NCBI GenBank assembly: GCA_000004695.1
Contig: CM000151.3
Location: 160,001 to 224,000 of the forward strand
Length of the DNA stretch: 64,000 nucleotides
Origin: Dictyostelium discoideum
Lineage: Eukaryota
Direction: 5' to 3'
The position numbers were made by a program, and so were the translations under genes. Positions 43,789 through 54,984 of this stretch are shown here, piece by piece. Positions within the stretch are counted from its first letter, which is position 1; each line of letters opens with the position of its first letter. The notes beneath the pieces are model-generated. The model was not told where the DNA came from and did no database searches. It was given only the letters and a program-made list of their open reading frames with translations.

Positions 43789-44634
43789 TTATTTTTTTCT
43801 CTTTATTACTGTTGTGAAATATGGATTATTAAAATTATTTATTTCTTGGATATGTTCATCATAATTATTTCTATCTCTTTTTTTAATTTTAATTTTAATT
43901 TTATTTTCTTTTAAATTCATATTATTTAATTTTTGTTGTTGTTGTTGTGTTGAAATATTATTTATTAAATTTTTAAATTCTTTTTCAAATTCACCTAATA
44001 AACTGAATGCATCAAATTCAAATATTAATGAGTATAATTGTAATTTAAAAATATTATTAAATATTAAATTAAATATGAATTTTAATTCGTTCGAATATTT
44101 GAAATTAATTTTATATTGTCTAATTGATGTTAATGGTGATGAAAATATATTAACAAATAAATATTGATTAATTGAAATATGTTCTTTATGTAATTCAACA
44201 CTACCCTTAATTTTTTTTGTTGAGTAAACAATAAAATCACTCTCACCATATAAATATAAATATTTAATTGATTTATTATTTAATAAATTTGAAAATGTAT
44301 TAATATTTAATAAACCCATACAATCAAATTTAATTCTTTCAATTGATGTATTTAATTCTGAAAATAATGGTTTGAAACAGTTTGAATATGATTCTATAAT
44401 TTCTTTTAATTTATTTGCAAAAATTAAAAGATCATCATCATCTTTAAAATAATCATAATAACGAGCATATGTTCCAAAATCAAATGGATAATGTTTAAAA
44501 TTTACTGATGATATTTTTAAATTCTTTAAAGATTTAATTGTAATCAATGAATTGATCATTTCATTTAATTCTGATTTCATATTTTTTGAAAAACCCACAT
44601 TTGCAAATTCTCTATAGAATCCATGAAATCCCAT
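43789..44634 (-). CDS. lineage-specific hypothetical protein, family copy 1 (281 aa)
   Basis: ORF MGFHGFYREFANVGFSKNMKSELNEMINSLITIKSLKNLKISSVNFKHYP...IKIKIKKRDRNNYDEHIQEINNFNNPYFTTVIKRKK. It is about 65% identical to the ORF at 47386..48234. In-frame stops lie immediately upstream of its ATG. Confidence 0.5.
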   Translation of the reverse strand: MGFHGFYREFANVGFSKNMKSELNEMINSLITIKSLKNLKISSVNFKHYPFDFGTYARYYDYFKDDDDLLIFANKLKEIIESYSNCFKPLFSELNTSIERIKFDCMGLLNINTFSNLLNNKSIKYLYLYGESDFIVYSTKKIKGSVELHKEHISINQYLFVNIFSSPLTSIRQYKINFKYSNELKFIFNLIFNNIFKLQLYSLIFEFDAFSLLGEFEKEFKNLINNISTQQQQQKLNNMNLKENKIKIKIKKRDRNNYDEHIQEINNFNNPYFTTVIKRKK

Positions 44635-45109
44635 TTCTTCAGATATGTTTGATACTATTAAAAGTGAATTAATTGGTATTGTAATTGAATGTAGATTTTT
44701 AAAATCTTAAAAATAAATAAAAAAAGTAAAAGGCCAGATATCTTAAAAATGATTAAAATGATTAAAAATTTTAAATAAATAATAAAAAATAAAAAACTTA
44801 ATATAATTAAAAACTTAAAAATTAATAAAAAAAAGTAAAATGATCAAAATCTTTAAAATTATAAAAAATATTAAAAATATAAAAATAAATAATAAAAATA
44901 AAATAATTAAAATAAAAATAATGACCCAAATGATTAAATTAGTTTTTTTGTCATTTTTTTAAAAATAAAAAAACTAAAACAAAAATTTCTTTTTTTTATT
45001 TTTTTCTTTTTTTTATTTTTTATAATTTTTTTTTTGGTCTGAAGAGCAAATAAAACGAATAAAAAAATTAATTTCTCTTTTTTATTTTTTTTTAGTGTTG
45101 GTGTGGATT

Positions 45110-45821
45110 ATTAATATTAATTAATTCTTGAAAATATCCATCATAATTTGTTTTAATTTTAATTTTAATTTTAATTTTAATTTTAATTTTAATTTTAATT
45201 TCTTTTAAATTTATGTTATTTGATTGTTGTTGATGTATTGAAATATTATTAATTAAATATTTAAATTCTTTTACAAATTCACTGATTAATTCGTATGCAT
45301 TGAATTCAAATATTAATGAATTTAATTGTAATTTAAAAAATTTTATTTAATATTTAATTAAATATGAATTTGAATTGTTTTGATTCTACAAAATTAATTT
45401 TATAATGTCTAATTGATGATAATGGTGATGAAAATATATTTTCAAATAAATATTGATTAATTGAAATAGGCTCTTGATGTAATCCCATATTATTTCCAAT
45501 TTTTATTGATGAGTAAACAATGAAATCACTTTGATATAAATATAAATATTTAATTGATTTATTATTTAATAAATTTGAAAATGTATTAATATATAATAAA
45601 CCCATACAATCAAACTCAATTCTTTCAATTGATGTATTTAAGTTTGTAGAAAAATTATTTTTCTAAAATATAATTTCAAACAACAACAATGAAAATTAAT
45701 TTTTTTTTTTTTAAAATTTTAAATATAAAGTTTAATTAAAAAAATTTTCTATTATAATAACAATAATAAAATATAAAAAATATATTAAGACATAAAGCCT
45801 ATTTTCTTTTCTTTCTTTGTC

Positions 45822-45880
<59 letters not shown>

Positions 45881-46760
45881 TTAATCCTTAAAAACTAAAA
45901 TTGATTTATTATCATTTTATATTATTGTAAAAATAAATGAATCCATGGAAGCAAAGTGAAAAATTTGAAATTCAAGATATGTTCCTTAAAAACAAAATCA
46001 AAAGGAATTGATAATATAGCTAATGAATTGCTACCAAAATTAATTAGATCTAATTAAATTAGTATAATTTAATTAATTTTATACTAATTAAAATACACTG
46101 TATATTTAATTTTATACAGTGTGTTTTAGTGTAAAAATTCACTCCACCCTTATACCATATAAAAAAAATATATATATTATTGAACTTAATTCTGAAAATA
46201 ATGTTTTAAAACAGTTTGGAAAGTATTCGGTAATTTCATTTAATTTGTTTGCAAAAATTACAAGATTATCATCATCTTAAAAATAATCATAATAACGAGC
46301 ATATGTTCCATACTCGAATGGATAATGTTTAAAATTTACTGATGATATTTTTAAATTCTTTAAAGATTTAGTTGTAATGAATAAATTGATCATTTCATTT
46401 AATTCTGATTTCATATTTTTTGAAAAACCTGAATCTGCAAATCTTCTATAGAATCCGATTTCTTCAGATATGTTTGATAATATTAAAAGTGAATTAATTG
46501 GTATTGTAACTGAATGTAAATTTTCAGATTAACTTTGACTATATGAAGTGGTTCAACAAACTCTTCATTACCATGAGTTTGACTTAAAACTTTAATCGAT
46601 TCAACTTGTTGACCTGAATTATGTGGATCATATAATGATGAATAATTGACATGTAATTGAGAGATCTCACCATCATCATCTTCATTAGACCCATCATAAT
46701 TTAAATTTTTACCTTTTAAAATTTGAATATCTTTACTGTTTCTCTATCTTCAAATAATGT
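45110..46760 (-). pseudogene. disrupted copy of the same family (copy 2), split by a ~0.55 kb insertion and carrying internal stops
   Basis: The C-terminal half (45110-45628, ...TSIERIEFDCMGLLYINTFSN...) and N-terminal half (46187-46520, ...EEIGFYRRFADSGFSKNMKSELNEMINLFITTKSLKNLKISSVNFKHYP...YYDYF* with a TAA where copy 1 has a sense codon) are separated by 45629-46186. That interval is non-homologous sequence containing a poly-T tract and short perfect palindromes. The upstream region 46530-46760 is homologous to 48300-48560 of copy 3. Confidence 0.5.
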
Positions 46761-47143
46761 ACCTCCAATAAAACCAGAAATTATTTTTTTTTTTTTTTTA
46801 TCAAAACTCTTCAAATAAAAAAAAAATGTATATAAAAAATATAACTAATAATTTACATTTATTTTTAGGATCAAATATAATTTAGTTTCTATTTTATTTT
46901 GTTTTATTTTTTTTTATTTTTTATATTTTATTTCTTTTTTTTTATTTTTTTAGTTTATATTAAATTTAAAAACCAAAATATATTTTTATTTTAAATTTAA
47001 TATTCTTATCTAAAAAAAATAAAAAAAAAAAAACAATAAAATAAAATAGAAACTAAAATATATTTGATCCTAAATCTAAAATAATAAAATTTTATTAATT
47101 AAATTTTATTATTTGTTTTTTTTTTAATTCAATAAACCGATAT

Positions 47144-47179
<36 letters not shown>

Positions 47180-47385
47180 CATATTAATCAACAAATATTG
47201 AAAAATAGTATTGAGTTTTTTCAATTAAATTGTAGAATTTATTATGTGTGACTAAAATTAGGGTTGAAAATTATCTGCCCTATATTAATGTGTTAAAAAA
47301 AATTTCTATTTATATCTTTTTTTTTTTTTTTTATTTTTATTTTTTTTTTTTTTTTTTCACTATTTATTTTTTTCTCTAATAATTA

Positions 47386-48557
47386 TTATTTTTCTATTTT
47401 CTTTATTATTGTTGTGAAATGTGGATTATTAATATTGTTTAATTCTTGAATATTTTCATCATAATTAATTTTATTTTCAGTTTGTTTAATTTTAATTTTA
47501 ATTTTAATTTCTTTTAAATTTAAGTCATTTGATTTTTGTTGTAGTAGTTGTTGTATTGAAATATTATTTATTAAATTTTTAAATTCTTTAGCAAATTCAC
47601 CAATTAATTCATTTTTATTGAATTCAAATATTAATGAATATAATTGTAATTTAAAAATATTATTAAATATTAAATTAAATATTAATTTTAATTCATTAGA
47701 TCCTTTGAATTTTATTTTATAATGTCTAATTGATGTTAATGGTGATGTAAATATATATTCAAATAAATATTGATTAATTGTAATAGGTTCTTGATTTAAT
47801 CCCATACTACGACTAACTAGTTTTGGACAGTAAACAATGAAATCACTATCACCATGTAAATATAAATATTTAATTGATTTATTATTTAATAAATTTGAAA
47901 ATGTATTGATATTTAATAAATCCATACAATCAAATTCAATTCTTTCAATTGATGTATTTAATTCTGAAAATAATGGTTTGAATGAATTTGATAAGTATTC
48001 TATAATTTCTATTACTCTTTTAGCAAAAATTACTATATCATTAAAAGAATATTGCCTATATGCAAAAAAACCCATATAATCTAATGGATAGTGTTCATAA
48101 GTTACTGATGATATTTTTAAATTCTTTAAAGATTTACTTGTAATGAATGAATTGGTCATTTGAAATACTTCTGATTTTGTGTTTCTCAAAAAACCTGAAT
48201 AGGAATTTACATTATAGAATCCTTTAAATCCCATTTCTTCAGATATGTTTGATAATATTAAAAGTGAGTTAATTGTTACCGTAATTGAATGTAAATTTTC
48301 AAATTGATAGACTTTAATTAAATGGAGTGGTTCAACAAAATCTTCCTCATTAATTTCATAAGTTTTACTTTGTACTTTAATAGATTCAACTTGTTGGCCT
48401 GAATTATTTGGATCAAATAATGCTGAATAATTAACACGTGATTGAGAGCAATCATCTTTGGACCCGTCAAAAAATATATTTTTACCTTTGAAAATTTTGA
48501 ATATCTTTACTGTTCCTTTATCATAATACTCCCAATATAACCATCAATTGATAAATT
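47386..48557 (-). CDS. lineage-specific hypothetical protein, family copy 3 (longer form; open frame extends upstream of the annotated Met)
   Basis: The listed ORF 47386..48234 (282 aa, MGFKGFYNVNSYSGFLRNTKSEVFQMTNSFITSKSLKNLKISSVTYEHYP...) is preceded, in the same frame and without a stop, by about 107 further codons (...WEYYDKGTVKIFKIFKGKNIFFDGSKDDCSQSRVNYSALFDPNNSGQQVESIKVQSKTYEINEEDFVEPLHLIKVYQFENLHSITVTINSLLILSNISEE) back to a TGA at about 48557. A second overlapping open frame continues 48509-49320 (...GETGNIGNIEGFSDDSILFTIHEYISNENWEIISNLFKILELNYDFWLPEGYSPDSEQEDDDEDDGTDKRCTELYFNNLSIDGYIGSIMIKEQ*), implying a frame discontinuity or an unrecognised intron. Confidence 0.45.
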
Positions 48558-49705
48558 ATTAAAATATAATTCAGTACATCTCTTATCAGTACCATCATCC
48601 TCATCATCATCTTCCTGTTCAGAATCTGGACTATAACCTTCAGGCAACCAAAAGTCATAATTTAATTCTAGTATTTTAAATAAATTTGATATGATTTCCC
48701 AATTTTCATTTGATATATATTCATGTATTGTAAATAAAATACTATCATCTGAAAACCCTTCAATATTACCAATATTACCAGTTTCACCATTAACTACAAT
48801 TCTATAATAAAGTAATTGATTTTTTTCAAATTTGTTTTTAATTTCTTTAAAATCATCAACTGTAATATTATCTAAAAATAAATTGAATTTAAAATAATCA
48901 TTGATTATTGATTCTTTGATTTTTATAATTGAAAACTCTTTATTAAAACTAATTTTATTTTGTTTTTCATTTTTATTTTTAAAAACTATTTTATTTTTGT
49001 CATATTGATTTTGATTATTATAATTTTCAATAAATGATTTATTATTATTATCATTATTAATTTTTAACCAATGTTCAAATAATTTATTATTTATAATATT
49101 ATTTGATATTGTTAATGAAATAAAATTATACCACTTTTTTGAAACTAATATATAATTTAATATTTCATTTCTATTTAAATAAAATTTATTAATATTATAT
49201 TGATTAATAGGATTGTTATTATTATTATTGTTTTTATTATTATTATTATTTGTTTTATTTTTTTTGCTGGTTAATAAATAATTGATTATAGATCAAAATC
49301 AATAATATCTTGAAACATTTTATTATTATTATCTGTTTTAATTTTTTTATTTGTTGACATTATTATTTGTTTAAATTATAAAGAGTGAGTCTGACCAATG
49401 AGTTTAAATCTTTTTTTTTTTTTTTATTCTTTTACCCCAAATTCTATTAAAAAAAAAAAAATTTATTTTGGCAAAAAAAAAAAAAAAAAAAAAAAAAAGT
49501 TGACAAAAAATGAAATTAGAATAAAAAACAAAATTAGCAGAAAAAAAAAAAATGTTTAAAAAACTTTTTTTTCTTTTTTTATTTCCAATCAACAAATATT
49601 GAAAAAATAGTACCCAATAGTAGCATTTATTTTCTGTGACTTACAAAAAAATGTGGGTTGAATGTCCCACATTTTTTTAAAAAAAGAAAAAATAAAAAGA
49701 AAATA

Positions 49706-49820
49706 AAAAGAAAAGAAAAGAAAAGAAAAGAAAAGAAAAGAAAAGAAAAGAAAAGAAAAGAAAAGAAAAGAAAAGAAAAGAAAAGAAAAGAAAAGAAAAC
49801 AAAAGAAAAGAAAAGAAAAG
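49706..49820. repeat. (AAAAG)n microsatellite, about 22 units
   Basis: A perfect aaaagaaaag... array with one G-to-C variant unit. Confidence 0.9.
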
Positions 49821-50374
49821 AAAAAAAATAATAATAAAAAAACTTTGTAAGTCTGACTTAATGAGAATATTTTATTTTTTTTATTTTTTTTATTTTATCA
49901 AGACTCTTTTAATAAAAAAAAAAAATTTCTCTAATGACAAAAAAAAAAAGAAATAAATAAATAATTATATATATAACATTTATAAAGGGGGCATTGGTCA
50001 TTTTTTTTTTTTTTTATTTTTTTTTTTTTTATTTTTTTTCCATCCAAAAAAAAAAAAAAAAAAAATAAAAAAAAACAAATTTTCAAAAAAAGATTTTTTA
50101 AAATATTTCTGGATTTCAAATCTATTTTTTTTCTATTTTCACAATTATAAAAAAAAAAAAAAATCATTCCAATTACATTCTTAAAATTAATAATTTTATT
50201 AAAATATTTGTTTTTTTGATTTTTAAATATTTCTTGATTTCAAATCTATTTTTTTTCTATTTTAATAAGTATAAAAACTTTAAATTTTTTTTTTTTTTTA
50301 TTATCAAATAATTAAAAACTAAAACAAAAACCTTAAACTAATATTATATATAATATTTTAACATTAATTGAAAA

Positions 50375-50411
50375 ATGCCTCTCGCTTTAACCTCAAGGTA
50401 AATAATATTGA

Positions 50412-50442
<31 letters not shown>

Positions 50443-51283
50443 TATAATTAATTTATTTTTTATCTATAGAAAATCATTAAAAGATAATGAAGAATCTTTA
50501 AAAACCAATTTAGCATCAATTGAAAAATCATTAGGCGAAGCATTTTCAATTGAATTTGATTTTGAAGATATTATTACCAAATGTAATGATTCATGGGTAA
50601 CTAATAGTTGTGGAAGTATCTTTTATAAAGATGTTGTTGGTAATCTTGCTAAGAATATGGTAAAAGTTGGTGCAGACCCATTAATTAAAGAAGCATTTTT
50701 AGCAGCTGTCCCAAATAAGAAATTCGTTTTTATTTGTGCTGATGAAAAGTTGGAATCATATTGGAAATATCAATTTGTGAATGGTGATTGTCAAATTTTA
50801 TTCCGTCCAAAGATTTGCAACACCAATGATGTAAACACATTCAAATTGGAAACAATAATTCCAACCCAAGGTGTGTATACTTTAATGACCCGTTTGAATA
50901 TTAAAACAAATGAACAAAAAATGAAGGATAATTTATCCGCTGTTAAAAAAGCATTAAAATCATCATCGGATTGGTCAATTGATGAATCATCATTAGAAAC
51001 TGTTTATCCAAAAGTTGCCGACGACTTGAAGAATAGTTTTGGTCACATCTTTGCTGGTATTGTTGAAAAGGTAGCTGCTAATCTCGCAAAACGTTGTGCT
51101 GATGAAATGATTTTGGAAGCAGTCCAAGAAGCAACTACAAATCATACAATCGTTATTAAACATGATGCAAACTTGAATGGTTATTGGTCATGGTCATTTG
51201 AATCTGGTAATATCGTTATCACTTTCAAATCTGTAACTAATACTAACGATGTTCAAACATTTGATTTCATTAAATTATTATAA
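50375..51283 (+). CDS. hypothetical protein composed of two tandem ~135-aa homologous domains
   Basis: Two-exon model join(50375..50397,50470..51283). ATG CCT CTC GCT TTA ACC TCA AG|GTAAAT donor, tatctatag acceptor, phase 2, joining the 291-aa ORF frame. Domain 1 (NEESLKTNLASIEKSLGEAFSIEFDFEDII...VNTFKLETII) and domain 2 (NEQKMKDNLSAVKKALKSSSDWSIDESSLE...VQTFDFIKLL) are clearly related. No known homology. Confidence 0.6.
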
Positions 51284-51401
51284 TCCAATAATTAATAAAT
51301 AAAAATAATAATCAATTAAATTAAATTAAATTTATAAATAAAAAAATAAAGTTATAAATAATATATTTATTTTATTTTTATTTTATTTTATTTTTTTTAT
51401 T

Positions 51402-51670
51402 TTATACTTTAAAATGATCATAAGTTATTTTTTCTCTTGTTTTAACTTTATATCTTTTAAAACAAGGTGTCATTTGTTTTCTCCATTTTAATTGATATAA
51501 TATTTTTAAATTTATTTCCCAATCTTCTGGTTGTTTAAACCAATAATCAACCCGGTCATCTTGTCTATTTGGAGATTGTTCTAAATAATATTTTTGAGAA
51601 TTTGGTGAATCTTTTGTTATATCAATATTACCAATTACTTGATATTGATTTTGTTGTTGATGATTATAGT

Positions 51671-51736
<66 letters not shown>

Positions 51737-51835
51737 CTTGTTTATAATAATTATCATTAAAACTATGAAAACTATTATCACCATTATTACTATTATTAAT
51801 TTTACAGATATTGTTACAAAATTCTGTTAAAACTG

Positions 51836-51914
<79 letters not shown>

Positions 51915-52054
51915 GTTATTATTTTTATTTTGATATATATGTTTTTATTATTTTTATTTTTATCTTTTTTTATTATGTTTATAGAATCAAGAAATTTATT
52001 TATTTTTGACCATGTATCGTTTTGATAATTATATTCCGGATATTTCATCTTCAT
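51402..52054 (-). CDS. hypothetical protein with (AAT)24 poly-Asn and (CAA)25 poly-Gln tracts and a distinctive C-terminal segment; frame offset near the N-terminus
   Basis: ATG at 52054 opens MKMKYPEYNYQNDTWSKINKFLDSINIIKK.... A different frame, shifted by 1, is open from about 51935 to TAA at 51402-51404. It encodes N(24)KTVLTEFCNNICKINNSNNGDNSFHSFNDNYYKQEQ(25)YYNHQQQNQYQVIGNIDITKDSPNSQKYYLEQSPNRQDDRVDYWFKQPEDWEINLKILYQLKWRKQMTPCFKRYKVKTREKITYDHFKV*. The two frames overlap at an A7 tract. No splice signals are available to join them. Confidence 0.4.
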
Positions 52055-53014
52055 TTTTTTTTTTTTTTTTTTTTAAACAAAAATTTATAAAATAAAAAAA
52101 ATAATTATTTATTGGGGGGTTTTTTTTTTTAAACAAATAAATAAATAAATAAGTAAATAAATAATTATTGCAACTATTATTATTATTATTATTTTTAAAA
52201 ATATTAATATTTTTAATAATGAAACATTAAAATATTATTAATATTTTTTTTTTAAAAGAAAAAAAAAAAAAAATAATAAAATAAAATAAGAAAAAAAAAA
52301 AAAAAATGTTTATTTATAAATAAAAAAAAGAAAAAAGAAAAAAAGAAAAAAAATTAAAATAAATAATATTTTTAATGTGTTAATTTTATTGATAATAATA
52401 ATAATAATTATTATTATTATTTATTTGAAATTAATTTGAACAAACAACAAGAACCACAATGGATAATTAAATAGTTGAATGATTTTGGTAATATAAAAAA
52501 AAAATAAAACAAGTTAAAAAATAATAATAATAAAATTAAATTAAATTATAAAATTAATAATATATTAATTAAAATGGTATTAAAAAAGAAAAAAGAAAAA
52601 AGAAAAAAATCAATATACGTGTACTTAAAAAAAAATAAAAAAAAAAAAAAAAATAAAAAAAAAAAAAAAACACTAACCAACTCTATTATAATAACCCCAC
52701 ACTTTTATTTAAAATAAAAAATAATAATAATAATAATAAAAATAATAATAAATATCATTTAACCTACAATGGTTAATTTTTATAAAAATAATAATAAAAC
52801 AATTATACTATATGGTATGATCTAAAAAGAATAAAGAGAGAGAAAGAAAATTGTGTCAGAGAGTGGGGTAAAATAAAAAAAAAAAAAAAAAAAAAAAAAA
52901 CAAAACAAATACAAAAGGAAAAGGAAAAAAATCATTTTATTATTATGATAATAATCAAAATTTAAATTTAGAAATATGATAAAACATATTTATCCTAATA
53001 CATTAACACACACC

Positions 53015-53047
<33 letters not shown>

Positions 53048-53176
53048 ACCCTTGATTATTTCCCAGTATGATATAATTGATTTTTAATTTTTTTTTTATT
53101 CACCTTTTTTATTTTTATTTTTTTTTTTTTTTTTATTCATTTTTTTAATTTCCCAAAATTTTGGATTTTTAATTTT

Positions 53177-53220
<44 letters not shown>

Positions 53221-53282
53221 CGGTTATTAAAAATCATATATTACCACACACACAAGCCCCCCTACTACCACACTCATATATA

Positions 53283-53312
<30 letters not shown>

Positions 53313-53313
<1 letters not shown>

Positions 53314-53408
53314 TGAAAATTGACTACAGATGCAGTAACCCAATTAAAACCACCAAACCCATTGATTATTCTGTATATAAAAATAAAAAGTTATCATCAA
53401 TAAACGTG

Positions 53409-53448
<40 letters not shown>

Positions 53449-54686
53449 TAAATACAAATACAAATACAAGTGTAAATAATAATATAAAAATACAAAGAAT
53501 AAATAGATCAGATGAACAATTTAGACAAATTTGTAAGTTTCATATTAATAATTATGGTGTTGAAATCAATGGTGATAAATAATAAAAATGACTATAAATG
53601 AATGAGCCAGCCTTTTAATTCAAGGTCTGATAATCGTTAATACATCATAAAAACAAACAATAAAATAAAATAAAAAAAAAATAAAAAAAAAACAATTTAA
53701 TATTTTTTATTATTATTATAATAATCATCAAAAAAAAAAAAAATTAAAAAAAGATATTAACATTTTAAAAAAAAAAAAAATTAAATTAAAAACATAATGA
53801 AAAAAATATGGAATAATAGTCATGAAAATTGGTGTTGTTTCACAGGGATCAGGTTCATCTTATGTAGAAATGGAAAATACAAAAGTTTTATGTACAATGT
53901 AAATATCCATCAAATCATCAATCAATTATCATAATTATAAATAATTTTCAAGATTTATTAATTTTTATCATTTTTATCATTTTTTGAAAAAAACAAAAAA
54001 CACTAAAAATTCTCTTTTCTACAATTATTATAATCGATCATTATTCAAAAAAAAAAAAAAAAAAAAATTTATTATAATAATAAAATTAATTATTTAATTA
54101 ATTATTTAGACATGGACCACGTGCAACACAAAAGACAGAATTATTTGAAACAGCTAAATTAAATTGTGAATTAAAGTATACAACATTTTCAAGTACAACG
54201 GAAAAGATTGATTATGTGGAGAATAGTAAAGAAAAAGATTTAAGTTTATTGATAAGTCAATCGATAATCGGGTCTATCAGGTTGGAGAAATATCCAAAGA
54301 CCGCTATCGACATTTACATATTGGTATTGAATGATGATGGTAACGTGTTGGTGGCATCTATCACTGCTGCAACTATGGCATTGGCAGACGCAGGTGTGGA
54401 AATGTTTGATATGGTTTCATCATGTTCGGTATCCTGTACAAAAGATAACAGAACATTAATTGATCCTACCACTCTCGAAGAAACCATACCAAGCTCATCA
54501 ACTGTTTTAGTCGCAAAAATGCCATCACTAAATGAAATCACTCAAATCATTCAAACTGGTGAATTACAATATACAAATGTTTTAGAATGTGTTGATCTTT
54601 GTATTGATGGTTGTGATAAAATTTATTCAATTATGAAACAAAATTTAATAGATTCATTATTACAAAAACAACAACAACAAAAATAA
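53313..54686 (+). CDS. exosome complex RNase PH-like subunit (RRP46/EXOSC5-like)
   Basis: Three-exon model join(53313..53532,53820..53898,54110..54686). Donors are GTAAGT (53533) and GTAAAT (53899). Acceptors are aataatag (53819) and ttatttag (54109). The spliced product is ...RINRSDEQFRQI|FMKIGVVSQGSGSSYVEMENTKVLCT|IHGPRATQKTELFE...DGNVLVASITAATMALADAGVEMFDMVSSCSV.... This matches RNase PH motifs (R.DGR...FR.I, DGSA...G.T.VL..V.GP, A...A...AL.DAG.PM) of Rrp46. Confidence 0.65.
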
Positions 54687-54984
54687 ATTAATAAAAAAAA
54701 TTTAAATTCAAATTTTAATTTTTAGCCGTTGTTTTTTTTTTTTTTTTATTTTTTTTTTGTTTTATTTTTTATTTTATTTTTTTTGGACAATTAGTTCGAA
54801 CATTTTTTTTTTTTTTTTTTTATTACCTTCATCGCTGTTATATATAAAAAAAAAAAAAAAAAAAATTTACAAATAACCACCCCCACCAACTTCCACCCCA
54901 CTACCACCACCACCAGCACTCAATAATAATAATTTTTTAAATATAATTAAATAAATAAATAAATAAAAAAAAAAAAAAAAAGAA

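Noticed and set aside
53313-53582. ORF 53313..53582 as an independent 89-aa gene
   Set aside because: Its 3' part contains a GTAAGT donor after ...DEQFRQI. It splices in frame to the RNase-PH exons downstream, giving the conserved R.D...FR.I N-terminal motif of Rrp46-like proteins. It is exon 1 of the exosome subunit gene, not a separate gene.
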